Positions 39,332 through 52,157 of a stretch of DNA of 64,000 bases are shown in pieces. Source of the DNA: Octopus sinensis (Eukaryota); NCBI RefSeq assembly GCF_006345805.1, contig NC_043021.1, forward strand, positions 806,001-870,000, given 5' to 3'. The translations under genes and the position numbers were made by a program. Below the pieces are notes generated by a model. It searched no databases. It saw only the letters and a program-made list of their open reading frames with translations, and had not been told where the DNA came from. The first letter of the stretch is position 1; every line of letters begins with the position of its first letter.

Positions 39332-42071
39332 ATGAGATTGAACCAAGGTGAAGTCTATCCGGACTCCTGTCGGGCAGCTACCTTCCATAAGGATTTAACT
39401 CACTGCCATTGTTACCAAGTTCCCGTTCAACGCCCTCGAATCGAACTCACGCTATATCTCACCGTAGCATTGTTTAACAACGAACTTCCTTCAAATGATT
39501 CCACATCCTCTCATATAACGCGGCAGAGAGCAACGTCTCCTGAAGCATTGCCCACAATCTCAGTCACATCAGAACCAACGAAACCAAATCGTTCAATTGT
39601 GCCTTCGACGTCTTTGACGTTTTCAGATTCAAAAACCGAAAAACAATTAACTTCATCTTCATCGACATCAACAGCGAAAACGACGACATTGATGACAACG
39701 CCGTCACCGTCAGTGCCAAATATGACGGCATCATTAACGTCAACGTCATTGGCGTCAACACAATACAAACCAACAAAAGCATTAACAAAACCAGAATCGT
39801 CAACCACGTCACCAAATTTAGCAATGGCAGCTTCTACGACGTCGACGTCAACAGATTTAACGTCGGTGACGTCAACAGTAGGAAAACAATCAACAAGAGA
39901 AACGCTATCAACACATTCAACGTCAAAATCAACAAATCAATCGATGTCATCGAAACTTTTAATAACGTCGCCGACGTCATCAAGAACAACAGCAATGAAT
40001 CGATTTTTATGGTTGTCGCAATTAATGTTTCTGTTATTGATGTCCATCTCTTCGGTGGTCAGCTTCCCCACGCAACCAGCCGAGACATACGGTGATAACA
40101 ATGTTAGTGTCTATGTGAAACAACCCACTCCTTTAGTGACCGTTGAGTTGTCCGTCCTTGACCAGAAACAAACCGAAACAACTGCTGAAACTAAAACTGG
40201 GGACCATATAACTCATCCCCGTTTACAAACGGACAAGGGTCAACATTTCTCGCCTGAAATATCAGTGAAACTGATCAATCTGTTGGGGAGCCCCAGTACT
40301 TCTAACCCGATCTTCGATGTCTCCGGGACTGAGTCTTCCCAGTTCGTGACGGAAAGTGGAAATGAAACGATTCTGCTGGACATGAAACCAACCTCGGCAC
40401 CGACCAACCAATCCGTAAACCTCGCAGTCATTCCAGTGCTTGGTATCTTCTTTCTCATGGTAATACTTTGGATGAAATGTTCCACTTGGTTCCGTGATCA
40501 ATTGAGGGATAATGATTTAGAAGATGATGGCAAAGAATATGTAATATTGAGTCCACCGGAAGAAGGTTATCGGGAAGTGGAGTTCCGGTCGGACACGTCA
40601 TCAATGTATTATGATACAGTCTCCTCGTACCGTTCCATCCTTCGCCAGAAAGTGGAATATGGTGGCTTCAATAATTACGACACGGTTACTTCCATTCGTT
40701 CGATCCTGCAACAACGAACAGACGTTTGTGATGCGGCGGTTCAGGTGAAACTCCAAGGCGAACATCTAAAGACAGATCGATGGAAAAGTGTATCTGGGAT
40801 ATTGAACAATAGCGGTAGTAGCTCTGACCTTTTGAAAGTGCCTAAGAAAACTCACCGCCAGGTATCCTTTCAAACAAGCCAGAATGAAAGCTACGACCCA
40901 CCACTTCAACAGACCTGTGATGCTAATATTCAGGTCGGTGACTCGAGTACCGAACGAATGAAAAACAAAGAGCAAGCTCGTTTACTACAGAAACCGGTTG
41001 ATCCGAACCTTGGCAGCGGTGCCGAAGTCTCCAAGTGTTTTGGTAGTGGAACTCAGCTGTCGATGCAGAGCAGCAATACTTCGCTAATAGGACTCGATAT
41101 CTTCGGTGTTCCTTATCCATCAACTTCCCATCAAGAGGATAATGACGCCACAAGGCAACAAGAAACGCCTGGTAGCGATGGTAGTGGTGGTGGTGAACGT
41201 GAATGGAGCGTAGGAGAGACGAGTTCCTATGGTGGGACCAGTAGTGTGACAAGCAAAGATGAACCGGCGCAATGTGAAATCATCAACCCGAAACACAGAA
41301 GAGTCCATCAATTTCAGGTTTTGAGAGTTGACAGCAGTGATGGACTCTACCGAGAACCAGTTCAAAGCAAAGACGCTGAGTTGACCAGCGAAACAACAGA
41401 TGTGTCCGAGAAAGACAGTACTTTACCCACGGAGACTTCACAAGATGATTACAGCCTGGCCCAGTCTCTAACCCATCCGCATCACTACTTATGTAGAAGG
41501 TTAAAACAAGCCAAAAGACGCTGCAAAGACCCCACGGGACCGATTACCGATTCAATATCAGACTTTAAACCTCCAATATTCAGTGAAGTGAAATTTGGTC
41601 AGCCTCCGTCTGATGAAGACGAGTGTGATTACGTGGACGACATTAATCTGCCAGTAAAACATGGCACACAGCGAAACAGTGGACTTTCACAGACGTTGTT
41701 TATAGATGAAAATAACGAGAATAATTGCTGGTGTGAACAGACGATGGAATCAGGAAAGGGAGATAAACTGAATCGACTGCTAGAGGCTCATGCATCATGT
41801 GTGGCGGCGGCACCGAGAGCTTCTCCAATATCGATGCATTCGTCTGCCGCATCGAGCACATTATCGTCACATTCCTCGTGTTCTTCGTTGGAAGCCATCA
41901 AAGACGAAATCAACGAAGACGGCGGCGAGGATGGAAGAGGCTTGGCACTTGCGCAGGACGCTTCCTCTTACATTGCTCAAGGAATGTACGCCGAAGAAGA
42001 GACGCCGCTGATTATGGACCTGGCTGGCGACTCGCCGTGCCAGTCGCCCGAAATCCACGCTCTCGTCAGAC
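39332..42071 (+). CDS. Large single-exon ORF (913 codons up to the gap): Ser/Thr-rich mucin-like region, hydrophobic segment 1, short loop, TM segment 2, long acidic/Ser-rich tail with Tyr motifs. Uncharacterised membrane protein, 3'-truncated by the gap
   Basis: 2.7 kb with no stop in a window where other ORFs are short. S/T codons vary at third positions. Hydrophobic stretches FLWLSQLMFLLLMSISSVVSF (~40004-40066) and LAVIPVLGIFFLMVILW (~40421-40471). Pyrimidine-rich acceptor ttttctag| at 39311 keeps the frame open upstream of the ATG. The ORF-track extension to 42277 runs through Ns and is unsupported. Confidence 0.85.
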
Positions 42072-42171
42072 NNNNNNNNNNNNNNNNNNNNNNNNNNNNN
42101 NNNNNNNNNNNNNNNNNNNNNNNNNNNNNNNNNNNNNNNNNNNNNNNNNNNNNNNNNNNNNNNNNNNNNNN
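42072..42171. other. Assembly gap (100 N)
   Basis: Run of exactly 100 N, the usual placeholder for a gap of unknown size. Confidence 0.99.
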
Positions 42172-42741
42172 GTACTGTCAATTTACTTTCGAAGACTATA
42201 GTGTGTGTGTATGTGTGTGTGTGTGTGTAATTGTAAATATGTATGTACCCTATGATAGAAAGAGAGAGAGAGAGTGAATTGCACAATACTGTCTTCAAAT
42301 CAAAAATATTCTCAATGTTATGTCTGTGAAGTGGTGGTTCTGGTATAAGAGAGGCTTGGAGGGAAATTTCAGCTGGGTTCTGTTTCCGGTGACCCTCTCT
42401 TTGGTAAGGTTACATGGTTAATAATACTTCGAGGTCACTTTCCCAGTAAACTAATCTATGTTGATAGAGATTATTCAGTAAATTTCGTAGTTTCGGATAA
42501 AGTCTCTTTCGGTGCGCAAGAGAAAAGAATCAATAAGTTTGATGTCAATTCAATCAGTGATAAAGTGATTGGTTATTGGGGGGTGGAGAGAGGTTTGTCC
42601 TTTCACCGGTCAATTCATGTTTATTGGAACCACGTAACTAAAGAATTGAAATGGTGGACGTAAACCCTGATCCAGTTTAACCCCAGCATCAGGTTGCTTC
42701 ATAATGAAATTCACTTTGTTTTAAAGATTGGGACCAGGTTT

Positions 42742-43060
42742 AGTGTCTTCTGCTATAGCCTCGGGACGACCAAAGCCTTTTGAGTGGATTTGGTAGACGG
42801 AAACTGAAAGAAGCCCGTTGTATATATGTATGTATATGTATGTGTGTGTGTGTGTATGTTTGTGGGTCTGTGTTTGTCCCCCCAACATCGCTTGACAATC
42901 GATGCTGGTTTGTTTACGTCCCCGTAACTTAGCGGTTCGACAAAAGAACCGATAGAATAAGTACTAAGCTTACAAAGAATAAGCCCAGGGGTCGATTTGC
43001 TCGACTAAAGGCGGTGCTCCATCATGGCCACAGTCAAATGACTGAAACAAGTAAAAGAGA
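42742..43060 (+). mobile_element. SINE family B with internal microsatellite and full 3' module
   Basis: Matches 32486, 53478 and 13835 copies; ends ggcggtgctccatcatggccacagtcaaatgactgaaacaagtaaaagag. Confidence 0.85.
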
Positions 43061-43800
43061 GTTTACGGTTTGAGGACAACTCCCACCCGCCTCGGAAATC
43101 CTAATAAGAGTCACCTGAATAAGCCATTGGAAACAGGTGGGGGGGTGGCGACAGGAAGGACATCTGGCTGTAGAAAAATTGCCTCAACCAATTTCTGTTG
43201 GTCTATACAAGTATGGGAAAGAGTGTCAACACAATGAATGGTCCCTATCATACATTTCCTTCTTTTTCATGTACGCTCGCGCGCGCACACATACATTAAC
43301 GCGCGCGCACACACACATGCGCACACACACACACGCGCACACACACACACGGACGACACTAATTAATGCTCGTGTCTAGATACGAACTTTCGAGTCCTAA
43401 GGAAATAGGTCATAGTGGAGTGTTGCCACTCCTGTGCTATTGTTTAACTAAAATAGTTGCGACCATGCTGGAGCAGTGCCATTGTCTAATCCCGCCTTAT
43501 TAGAGGAGGGGTGCGGGAGAAGAGAGATCTACGTTCGAAGCAGGAGACGTGTAGGAAGTGAGATTAGAACAGGCAAAGCTTACTTCCGTCACTTGAAGTA
43601 TTTTATCAATTCAAACTTTTCCGACAGTCATCACTGGATAAATACAATAACCATGTGGGCCACATGATCACGTGTTAGTGTGGTGTCAAGGTGAAAGTTT
43701 ATTGTCGTAGCTTCATCATAAACAAGAACTGAATTTGTGATATTGTTGTTGTTCATGATGATGATGATAGTGAATTTAACTGCTCACCAGATTATATTCT

Positions 43801-43835
<35 letters not shown>

Positions 43836-43880
43836 TCTCTCTCTCTCTCTCTCTACATATATGTGTGTGTGTGTGTGTGT

Positions 43881-44199
43881 GGAGGCGCAATGGCCCATTG
43901 GTTAGGGCAGCGGACTCGTGGTCGTACGATCGCAGTTTCGATTCCCAGATCGGGCATTGTGAGTGTTTATTGAGCAAAAACATCTAAAGAACCACAAGGC
44001 TCCAGCACGGGGTGGTTGCGAACCCTGCTGTAGCCTTTCACCACAAATGTCCCTCTCTCTTTCTTCCAGTTTCTGTTGTACCTGTATTTCAAAGGGCCAG
44101 CCTTGTCACACACTGTATTACGTTGAATCTCTCCGAGAACTACCCTAAGGGTACACATATCTGTAGAGTGCTCAGCCACTTGCACGTTAATTTCATGAG
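43881..44199 (+). mobile_element. tRNA-derived SINE family C, nearly full length
   Basis: A box TGGCCCATTGG, B box GTTTCGATTCC; body shared with 922-1158. Confidence 0.85.
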
Positions 44200-44686
44200 A
44201 TGTAAATTGGACAACAAATAACCAGTACTTAGAATTCCGTGTGTGTGAGCATGTGCGCACGCATGCATATATACGCAAACACACACGAACACAGACACAA
44301 ACACACAGAGGCGCACGCACATACACACACACACGTCTATGTCATGTCTAGCTAAAGTGAATGATGACACTTGTTGAGGTAGAAACATGTCTACAATTGT
44401 CCTCTTGTCCTTTGTCTGCAGTTTTGCTGCCTGTTTATTCCAGAGAATTGTTCATTCTTTGAGATCATCTCCTCTTCTCATTCTGTGTCGTTCGCAAGTG
44501 TGGCGAGGCGTTTTCTGCTTTTCTCTGGAAGCGAAGAGAAATTCAATGAATTAAGAAAGCATTTGTCTTGTATGGTGTTTCATAAACATTTCTTCGTCTT
44601 TGTCGTCCAGATCCATGCAACTAACCCCTTTCAGTTATTTCTCCTTGCTGGGTTTGTGTAGATATGTACATGCGTTTTTGTGTACA

Positions 44687-44727
<41 letters not shown>

Positions 44728-45029
44728 TGTGTTGTGTGTGTGTGTGTGAATCTATTGGTTAGCATCCTTTGTCCACCCTCACGCTACAGGTCAGTTTGAT
44801 GCAGCTTATTGTCAACTTGAACCATTACTCCTAATGTCAACAATATATTCTTTCCCATGACCAATCCCACCGAAATTCATATAAGTTACATACCCATCTG
44901 ATGTAAGGCACATACCCTCTGATGCATTTTCTACAAACGAAACGTCTCCCCACGACCACCACCCACCCTGTCTTGTTATTTCTTATAAACTTCTTGTTTT
45001 TAATTCTCTCTCTCTTTCCTTCGTTTCAG

Positions 45030-45301
45030 AAATATTTGATGGAGTTCGGCTACGTTAATGGCCCAAGTTTAGAGATGGAAAATCTGATGAGCGAAGAGGC
45101 TCAGGTGAAAGCAATCCGTAGATTCCAGGCTTTTGCTAATTTACCCCTCACAGGACGTCTTGACCATCGGACAATAGAATGGATGGAAAAACCTCGATGT
45201 GGAAATAAAGATACTTTACCGGATGATACGTGGGGAAATGCGAGAAAGAAGCGATACGTTATATCTGGATCGCAATGGGAGAAGACGAATCTGACGTTCA
45301 G
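45030..45301 (+). CDS. MMP: Matrix metalloproteinase (M10A) internal exon: propeptide (PGBD-like domain, cysteine switch, furin site) and first residues of the catalytic domain; paralog unresolved
   Basis: Translates KYLMEFGYV...KAIRRFQAFANLPLTGRLD...MEKPRCGNKD...RKKRYVISGSQWEKTNLTFR. Acceptor tcgtttcag| at 45029 (phase 0) and donor AG|gtgagt at 45302 (phase 2) match the usual exon-2 boundaries of MMP genes (established knowledge). Confidence 0.95.
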
Positions 45302-46742
45302 GTGAGTAATGGCCGACGGCGTCTGAAGACATCAGAACATGTTGTCACATGATGTCTGACAATGTCTGTAGCTGTCTCATGTTTTATGTTGTCTGGTGTT
45401 CTTATTGTTTAATGCTTGGCACAAACGTTCTATTTGCGACACTCACAGAGATTTAGCAAACACATTTACACGGAACCTCAATCTCCTTGAAATAGCAACC
45501 AAATCTCACTCAAATAGCATCCTACCAATCTTGAGGGACATACAGGATAAGGTACTTCTGGATATATTATATCTAAATGAAAGTAGGAATGGTTACAGAC
45601 GCAAAATCCTGACTTGTAGGTCCGCTGGGTCAGGGCTGACCAAGACTAAATAACAATATCAGCCCGTTCGCTTCTGATAACAATTAAAACCGGACATTAA
45701 TTAATAATTTAGAGATTCCTTCTTTGTAAGTCCACCTTGGTACCGCTTTGATATTAGTTCAAGTGTTAACGTCAAATTCATAAGGGAGGAAGAGGGGTAA
45801 TAAAGACACAACCAGTTATATTCTGGGGTCTCGAACTATCGCCGACAGTTTGAAAAAAACTAACAAAAGAAACTGTCTTTTGAGTTTTTTTTTACTTTCA
45901 GAATTTTTCGTTAATTTTCAAATTTTAATCTGCCCCTCCCCACACCCACACACCGTTACACTCCTCCCTCTCCTTCACATTCTCTCGTTTTTCTCCTCAC
46001 ACTTTCCTCTCCTCCTTCTTTCTCCTCCTTCTTTCTCTTCCTTCTTTCCCTCTTTCATTATCTTGTTGCCACACTCTTTGCCACTCACACACACCTACAT
46101 ACATTATTTCCTTTCTCCCGCCATTCTACTCTCTCTCTCTCTCTCTCTGATCTACTTTGCATTAATTACACAGGGTAATCTTGATTACCCTACTTACATA
46201 TTCCCGTCATAACCCCTCCACCACCACCACCACCACCATCATTCAAGAAGGACACTCTGCCCTCAACCTCCAATTAGGTCCTCTCCAGTCACGTCTGTTA
46301 AAAACACTTGAAATGAACCTGTATGTGGTCGCTCAACCTGCTAGAAACAACAGCAAAATCTCCCACAAACTACACCCAACTTCCATGAAATAGCAGATGT
46401 ACCTAATAGGGTAATGTACTCCTCGATAGATTATAGCAGATTAATTGAACAGGATGGGCATCACTGGAACTCCTTTGATCATAGATTTGCTTGATTAGGC
46501 CTGACTTAGGGCTAAACACTCCACTTACAATTGACCAATCAGAATACATTTCCGGTCAACACCAACCAACATCAAACAAGGCACAATATTATAAAAGCAT
46601 TTGTGACATCGCATTTGTTGGAAACTTTAGGACTTGGCATTCCTGAAAATACGCAGACCCATATACACAACTACATTTAATATCTACACACACACACACA
46701 CACACACACCACAAGATATATATATACATATTATATATATAT

Positions 46743-46785
<43 letters not shown>

Positions 46786-47010
46786 TATATGTATAAGCAC
46801 AACGCATATACACCACAGTAGTTCTAAAACATGAAAGCATATGATGTTACAGACCATTTCACAGTGAAAGATTGTAGAAATATGTGAGGATACTCCAGTA
46901 TGGCCAGAATCGCAAGCAACTCAAGTTTTGGGAAGTCACACGATCCTGCACACCGTTATGCGATGCGCAACACGCACATTCAGACATCTCTCTCTCTCTC
47001 TTACTCTTTT

Positions 47011-47099
<89 letters not shown>

Positions 47100-49052
47100 C
47101 ACATACAAACACACAAGAAGATTAAACGGCTGCTGTGACTAATTTTTGTGGAACCAATTTGGCAAAGAAACTAAAGAGAAAATATTAGGACGATAACCAG
47201 CGCAGATCTACAATGGAAGAAGATAAACGCTGAAGAAGAATATAGAATGGGATTTAAGAATGCCTGGTTTTGTTGCGACGAAGTTCAGAGACAACGGCTG
47301 TAATAGTAGACACCATCATCACCATCACCATCATCATCATCATCATGATCGTCCCCACGGCTACAATTGTCTGAAATATGTCTAAAGCAGAGTCGGTCCA
47401 TCTTTTTTTTTTTTGTTTCTGTTTCTCTTAAAAGACATGACAAACAACTAAGAGAGGCTGACATAGTTCAGCCTACACACACACACACACACACACACAG
47501 GTACTTACGTACGTACATATGTATGTATGGATGGATGGATGGATTTTCAAGAATGCCTATTTTGCTGCCAGTATAATTTCCACCTCCATCCTCCATCCTC
47601 CATCCTCCCCCTCCTCCTCCTCCTGGCCCTCTCTCTTGTGTTCAGCAGATTTTGGCAACAGAATTTAATATAACCATCACCACCACCATCACCCACACCA
47701 ATTACTGCCGCAACCAAAACAATCATAACATAAGCCACCTCCCCCCCCTCCTGTGTCTGACACTGAAAGGAGAAAAAAATATTTGTTTTTGTTGTTGTCA
47801 ATTATAGAAAACTTGATCACCATTTATTGAACTCTATTATATTATCGATTGATCACCGTTTATTGAATACAGTTTACCGGTGTTACATTATAATTATTAT
47901 TATTTTATTATTACTATTACTATTACTATTATTATTATTATTATTTGCTGTTTTCATCACATCATCATTCCTAGTCGCGCTCATAATCATTTCACACGCA
48001 CACATACATTATATATCTGTCTGTCTATCTATCTATCTATCGGTCTGTCTACTAAATATATGAAATTTGATTTAATACTAAATTGCATTTTTCTCTGTAA
48101 GTTTGGAGTTATACTCCCTATTTATTATTATATTAATATGATATATATCATTTATATGTATTTATATATATATATATATATATATAATATTATATATATA
48201 TATATTTTTATATGTATATTATATATATATATATATCTATATAACATGTATATACATATATCTATGTATATGTATGTATGAGTGTGTGACTATGACATAA
48301 ATATATATATATATATATAATGCATTCCTTCGGTATTGACCTAGAGAGTGTCGGTATGACGTGACGACATTATTAACCCTGTTTTTCAGTCTAGACTCTT
48401 AATCTGACACGAGGGAATTTGAGTGGTTGAATGCCGTTGTGTACTAATATCGAAGGATTGCTATGATTTATATATATGTTAGACCTACTAATTTCGCCTA
48501 ACCGTTTATTCAACTTGTATCCATACACACAGAGCGAGGCGCGCTTCGCCAAAGAACTTGCTGAAGCTTTTTTCCTGCTCGACTATTTCTTTAGATTTGC
48601 TTTCAATGTCAAAAATAACGGTTCTGTTAAAACTTCTCTCTCTCCATATGTGTGTGTGTGTGTGTAGAGGTATGAGTGAGTTAGCTGCTATCTTTCGAAG
48701 TTACTTCCGTTGTATGAAATTCACTCAAAAGTGTAGTGGTGGTGGGGGGGGAGTAGAGATTATAAAGATGTTGTTGTTGTGATTGTTATATTCAGGAAAC
48801 ATCTGCTGAATAAACGTGGAGAAACCGCCTCCACCACCACCACCACTACCACAGCAGTCATTCTTTAAACCTAAACTCTAGGCCGACGAAGAGGGGGCGC
48901 CTCCCCTCTTAAATATCCGTCGACCTAAACTATACAAAGTCACGGTTACTGTAACCTCTAGCTTCAACACATATTCGTATTATTGTTGTTGTTGTTGTTG
49001 TTATTTTACATCCGACTCCACCCCACCCCCTTCTTTCACTTCAGTGTTATCT

Positions 49053-49106
<54 letters not shown>

Positions 49107-49194
49107 CCATATTGATTATTACACTGTCTCACAGAGTTTGAATAGTTTAACCGTAACATAACCTGTTACATCTATATATTACATACATATAATA

Positions 49195-49230
<36 letters not shown>

Positions 49231-49505
49231 AGCACTTTCATCCATGGTGTACTCATCAGATTTCAAATGGGCTTAATTGAGAGTTGCGTTCTTGACAACT
49301 TCAGTGTCTCTTAGAAGGAACCATTTGGAATCGAACGAGTACAGTAATGTGGGGAAGCGTTAATTTTGTTAAAATACCACAAGAAAAACCAGATTATGCT
49401 TTAACTTTATTCAACTTATATATTATTCTATACAAATTCGAAACTATATATATGTATATATATATATTATATGTATATATTTATATGTCCACATACATAC
49501 ATACA

Positions 49506-49552
<47 letters not shown>

Positions 49553-50109
49553 TGTATACATGCATATAATATATATATATGTGTGTGTCTATAGGTATGT
49601 ATATATGCATATTAATCTTTCGGTATTGATACACAATACCATTCACGCACACAACCTTCCCTCATGACACAGATAAAAAGACATGGCTGAAAAAAGGGTG
49701 AACGACACCATCTCCTCTTACCGACACTCTGGAGACTAATATCAGAGGAGCACGGATATACACATGTGTGTGTGTGTGTGTGTGTGTGTGTAGTGAAGTG
49801 TCAGTTTTTACACCAAATCTGATCCTCGGAACTATAAATTCCCATTATCTGTAAATGTTCCGTTCTCATTCCGAAACTTTAAAAATACAAACCACTTCCG
49901 GGGCCATACATATATATGTATGTATATGTTTGTGTGTGTGTGTGTGTGTGTGTGTAATAGTTCTGGTAAAACTAACACAATAGAACTCAATTTATGGTGT
50001 GATTTCTGCATTTTTTCTGTTCTTGTTTTTCATTGGTACAAAGTTAGAAAACTTACTCACTCGCGGGCTGAGGTTTTGATGTGTTACATTAGTAACTTTC
50101 TGCAAATTA

Positions 50110-50163
<54 letters not shown>

Positions 50164-50463
50164 TAAACACTGGTAAAGTCTATTCTAGCGGTGACCATCA
50201 ATCCTTTCGTTGCCCTTTTTTCTATCCTGCAGAGTGTGGTTGAAGGAAGGTTGACTGTTATTTCTAGCATGTCGGGTGACTCATAAAGGCTGCTTCCTCG
50301 TTGATTCGCACCTAGTATGATGTTTGAAGGTGGCGATGATGGCGATGCTGGCTTTTGAAAATTCTTCCTCCACCCCAGATTTCTATCGTCTGCAGGAATG
50401 TCAGACTTATCAAGTTACCCTCTCTTCTCATACCCGCCTTCAGTCGCGATATTTAAAACCTTC

Positions 50464-50499
<36 letters not shown>

Positions 50500-52126
50500 C
50501 AGTCTCTCCCTGTCTGTCAGTCTGTTTCTCTCTCTCTCTTTCTCTCTGACACACACACACACCACACACACACCTATATACACATACAGTGCAAATCCCC
50601 AGTTCTCACACATCGGTACAGCATATACATAAATACATAATTGTATACACTTCAGAATATGACATACAAATGCTCACACAGTGTGAGAGGCTAATTGAGT
50701 CTCACATTATACACACAACACACAAATGATGACAAAATAAGCAGTTATACAACGGCCACGATTAAACCCTAAACGCACAGGCGTGTGTGCGTGTGTGCAA
50801 TAGATGTATCGTGGCGCCAAGTGTGGCCTGGCCCTCGAAAGGTACCTGGTGGCGCCTACCCACTTAATCCTACTTAAACATCTCCCAGTCTTTCTTCCTC
50901 CCTTCTGCATCCCGCCCTTCCTCCCTCGCATCACCACTTATATAACTGCTCCACTGTTTCGTACTTTCTTGCAATTCCGCTGCCGCAGGCCACCCCGTCG
51001 GGTCTGACTCACTTCATAGACAAGAGACCACAGAGAAATCCTTTTACTTTCTCTTTGTGTGAAAAATTTGAAGGATGGGTGGGAGGGATGGGGTTTGCTC
51101 CTTTTGACTCCGTCGTGGCCGGCGGCAAGTTCCAACCGAATCCATCCAGAAGATCACATGTTTACCCAGAAGCAATATTATTTGTGCCCATCGATTTGGG
51201 ATGAAGGACGCAGAGGGGTGGAAGGGGTTTATTTCAAATATCTTCGCAACACCACAAAATTATCATCTCGACAACACTTCCACCATAACACTAACGGTCA
51301 CTTCTACAACACCACTACAGCATTGCTATCACCACACCACCACCATTGCTACATCAACAACAACAACAACAACTACTACTACATGCAACAATTACTATCA
51401 GACCATTGATTCTATTTACTTGGTACCACCACAATGGTACCACTACCAATACTACTATTACACCACTGGCACAAATGTCGAAAACACCCTCCCTGTCTTA
51501 TGTACTACTACTACTACTACTACTACACTACCACTTGAAAATGTACTAAGCCAACCCTGATACTGAAACGTAAACCTACTTCCTTCACCACTGACAGCAG
51601 CTGCAGCCAGTAGGCATAGCAATCTAGAAGAAAGCAGTGACGGGATGAATGTCTTCATCCGTACCTTCGTTACCAACAGCAGCAGACCGTTACCATGGTG
51701 ATGAAGATGAGACAAATCGTTGGGGAAAGAAAAACAAAAAACACCCCGTGAACCTGTTGCCTTGCTTGTCCTTGTTCAGTTTGGTCGTGGTGTTCAGAGA
51801 ATCATCACAACCTGCTTGAATGAGGAGAAGCGGGAAGACGTCACAGCGGAGCCGAGAGAAGCAGAGGAGGGGGGGTCGGGGCACGAGGAATGCGAAAGGA
51901 TAAAAAAGAGGAAGAAGCAGGTAAAAGTTATTGGGTCATTTTTTAAACTTGATACAAAGCAAATTTTGAAATCCCAGTATACAGCTGGTATCAATGTGGA
52001 AAGTAAGAAATGATCTCAACTGTCATTGAGTCTAAAAGTTATGTAGTTTGCTGCCCTTCATCCGCAAGTGTCTTTGAAGTAGATGTGCTATCGTGCGACG
52101 AAGTGCAACACACGCACGCGCACACA

Positions 52127-52157
<31 letters not shown>

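Noticed and set aside
42172-42277. C-terminal extension of the 981-aa ORF beyond the gap
   Set aside because: Frame is carried artificially through 100 N; the post-gap translation is a (TG)n microsatellite.
43881-43955. tRNA gene at the head of SINE C
   Set aside because: Continues directly into a repeat body shared with another copy and has no complete cloverleaf.
44540-44670. Short hydrophobic ORF MVFHKHFFVFVVQIHA... as MMP exon 1
   Set aside because: No good phase-0 donor before its stop and weak signal-peptide character.
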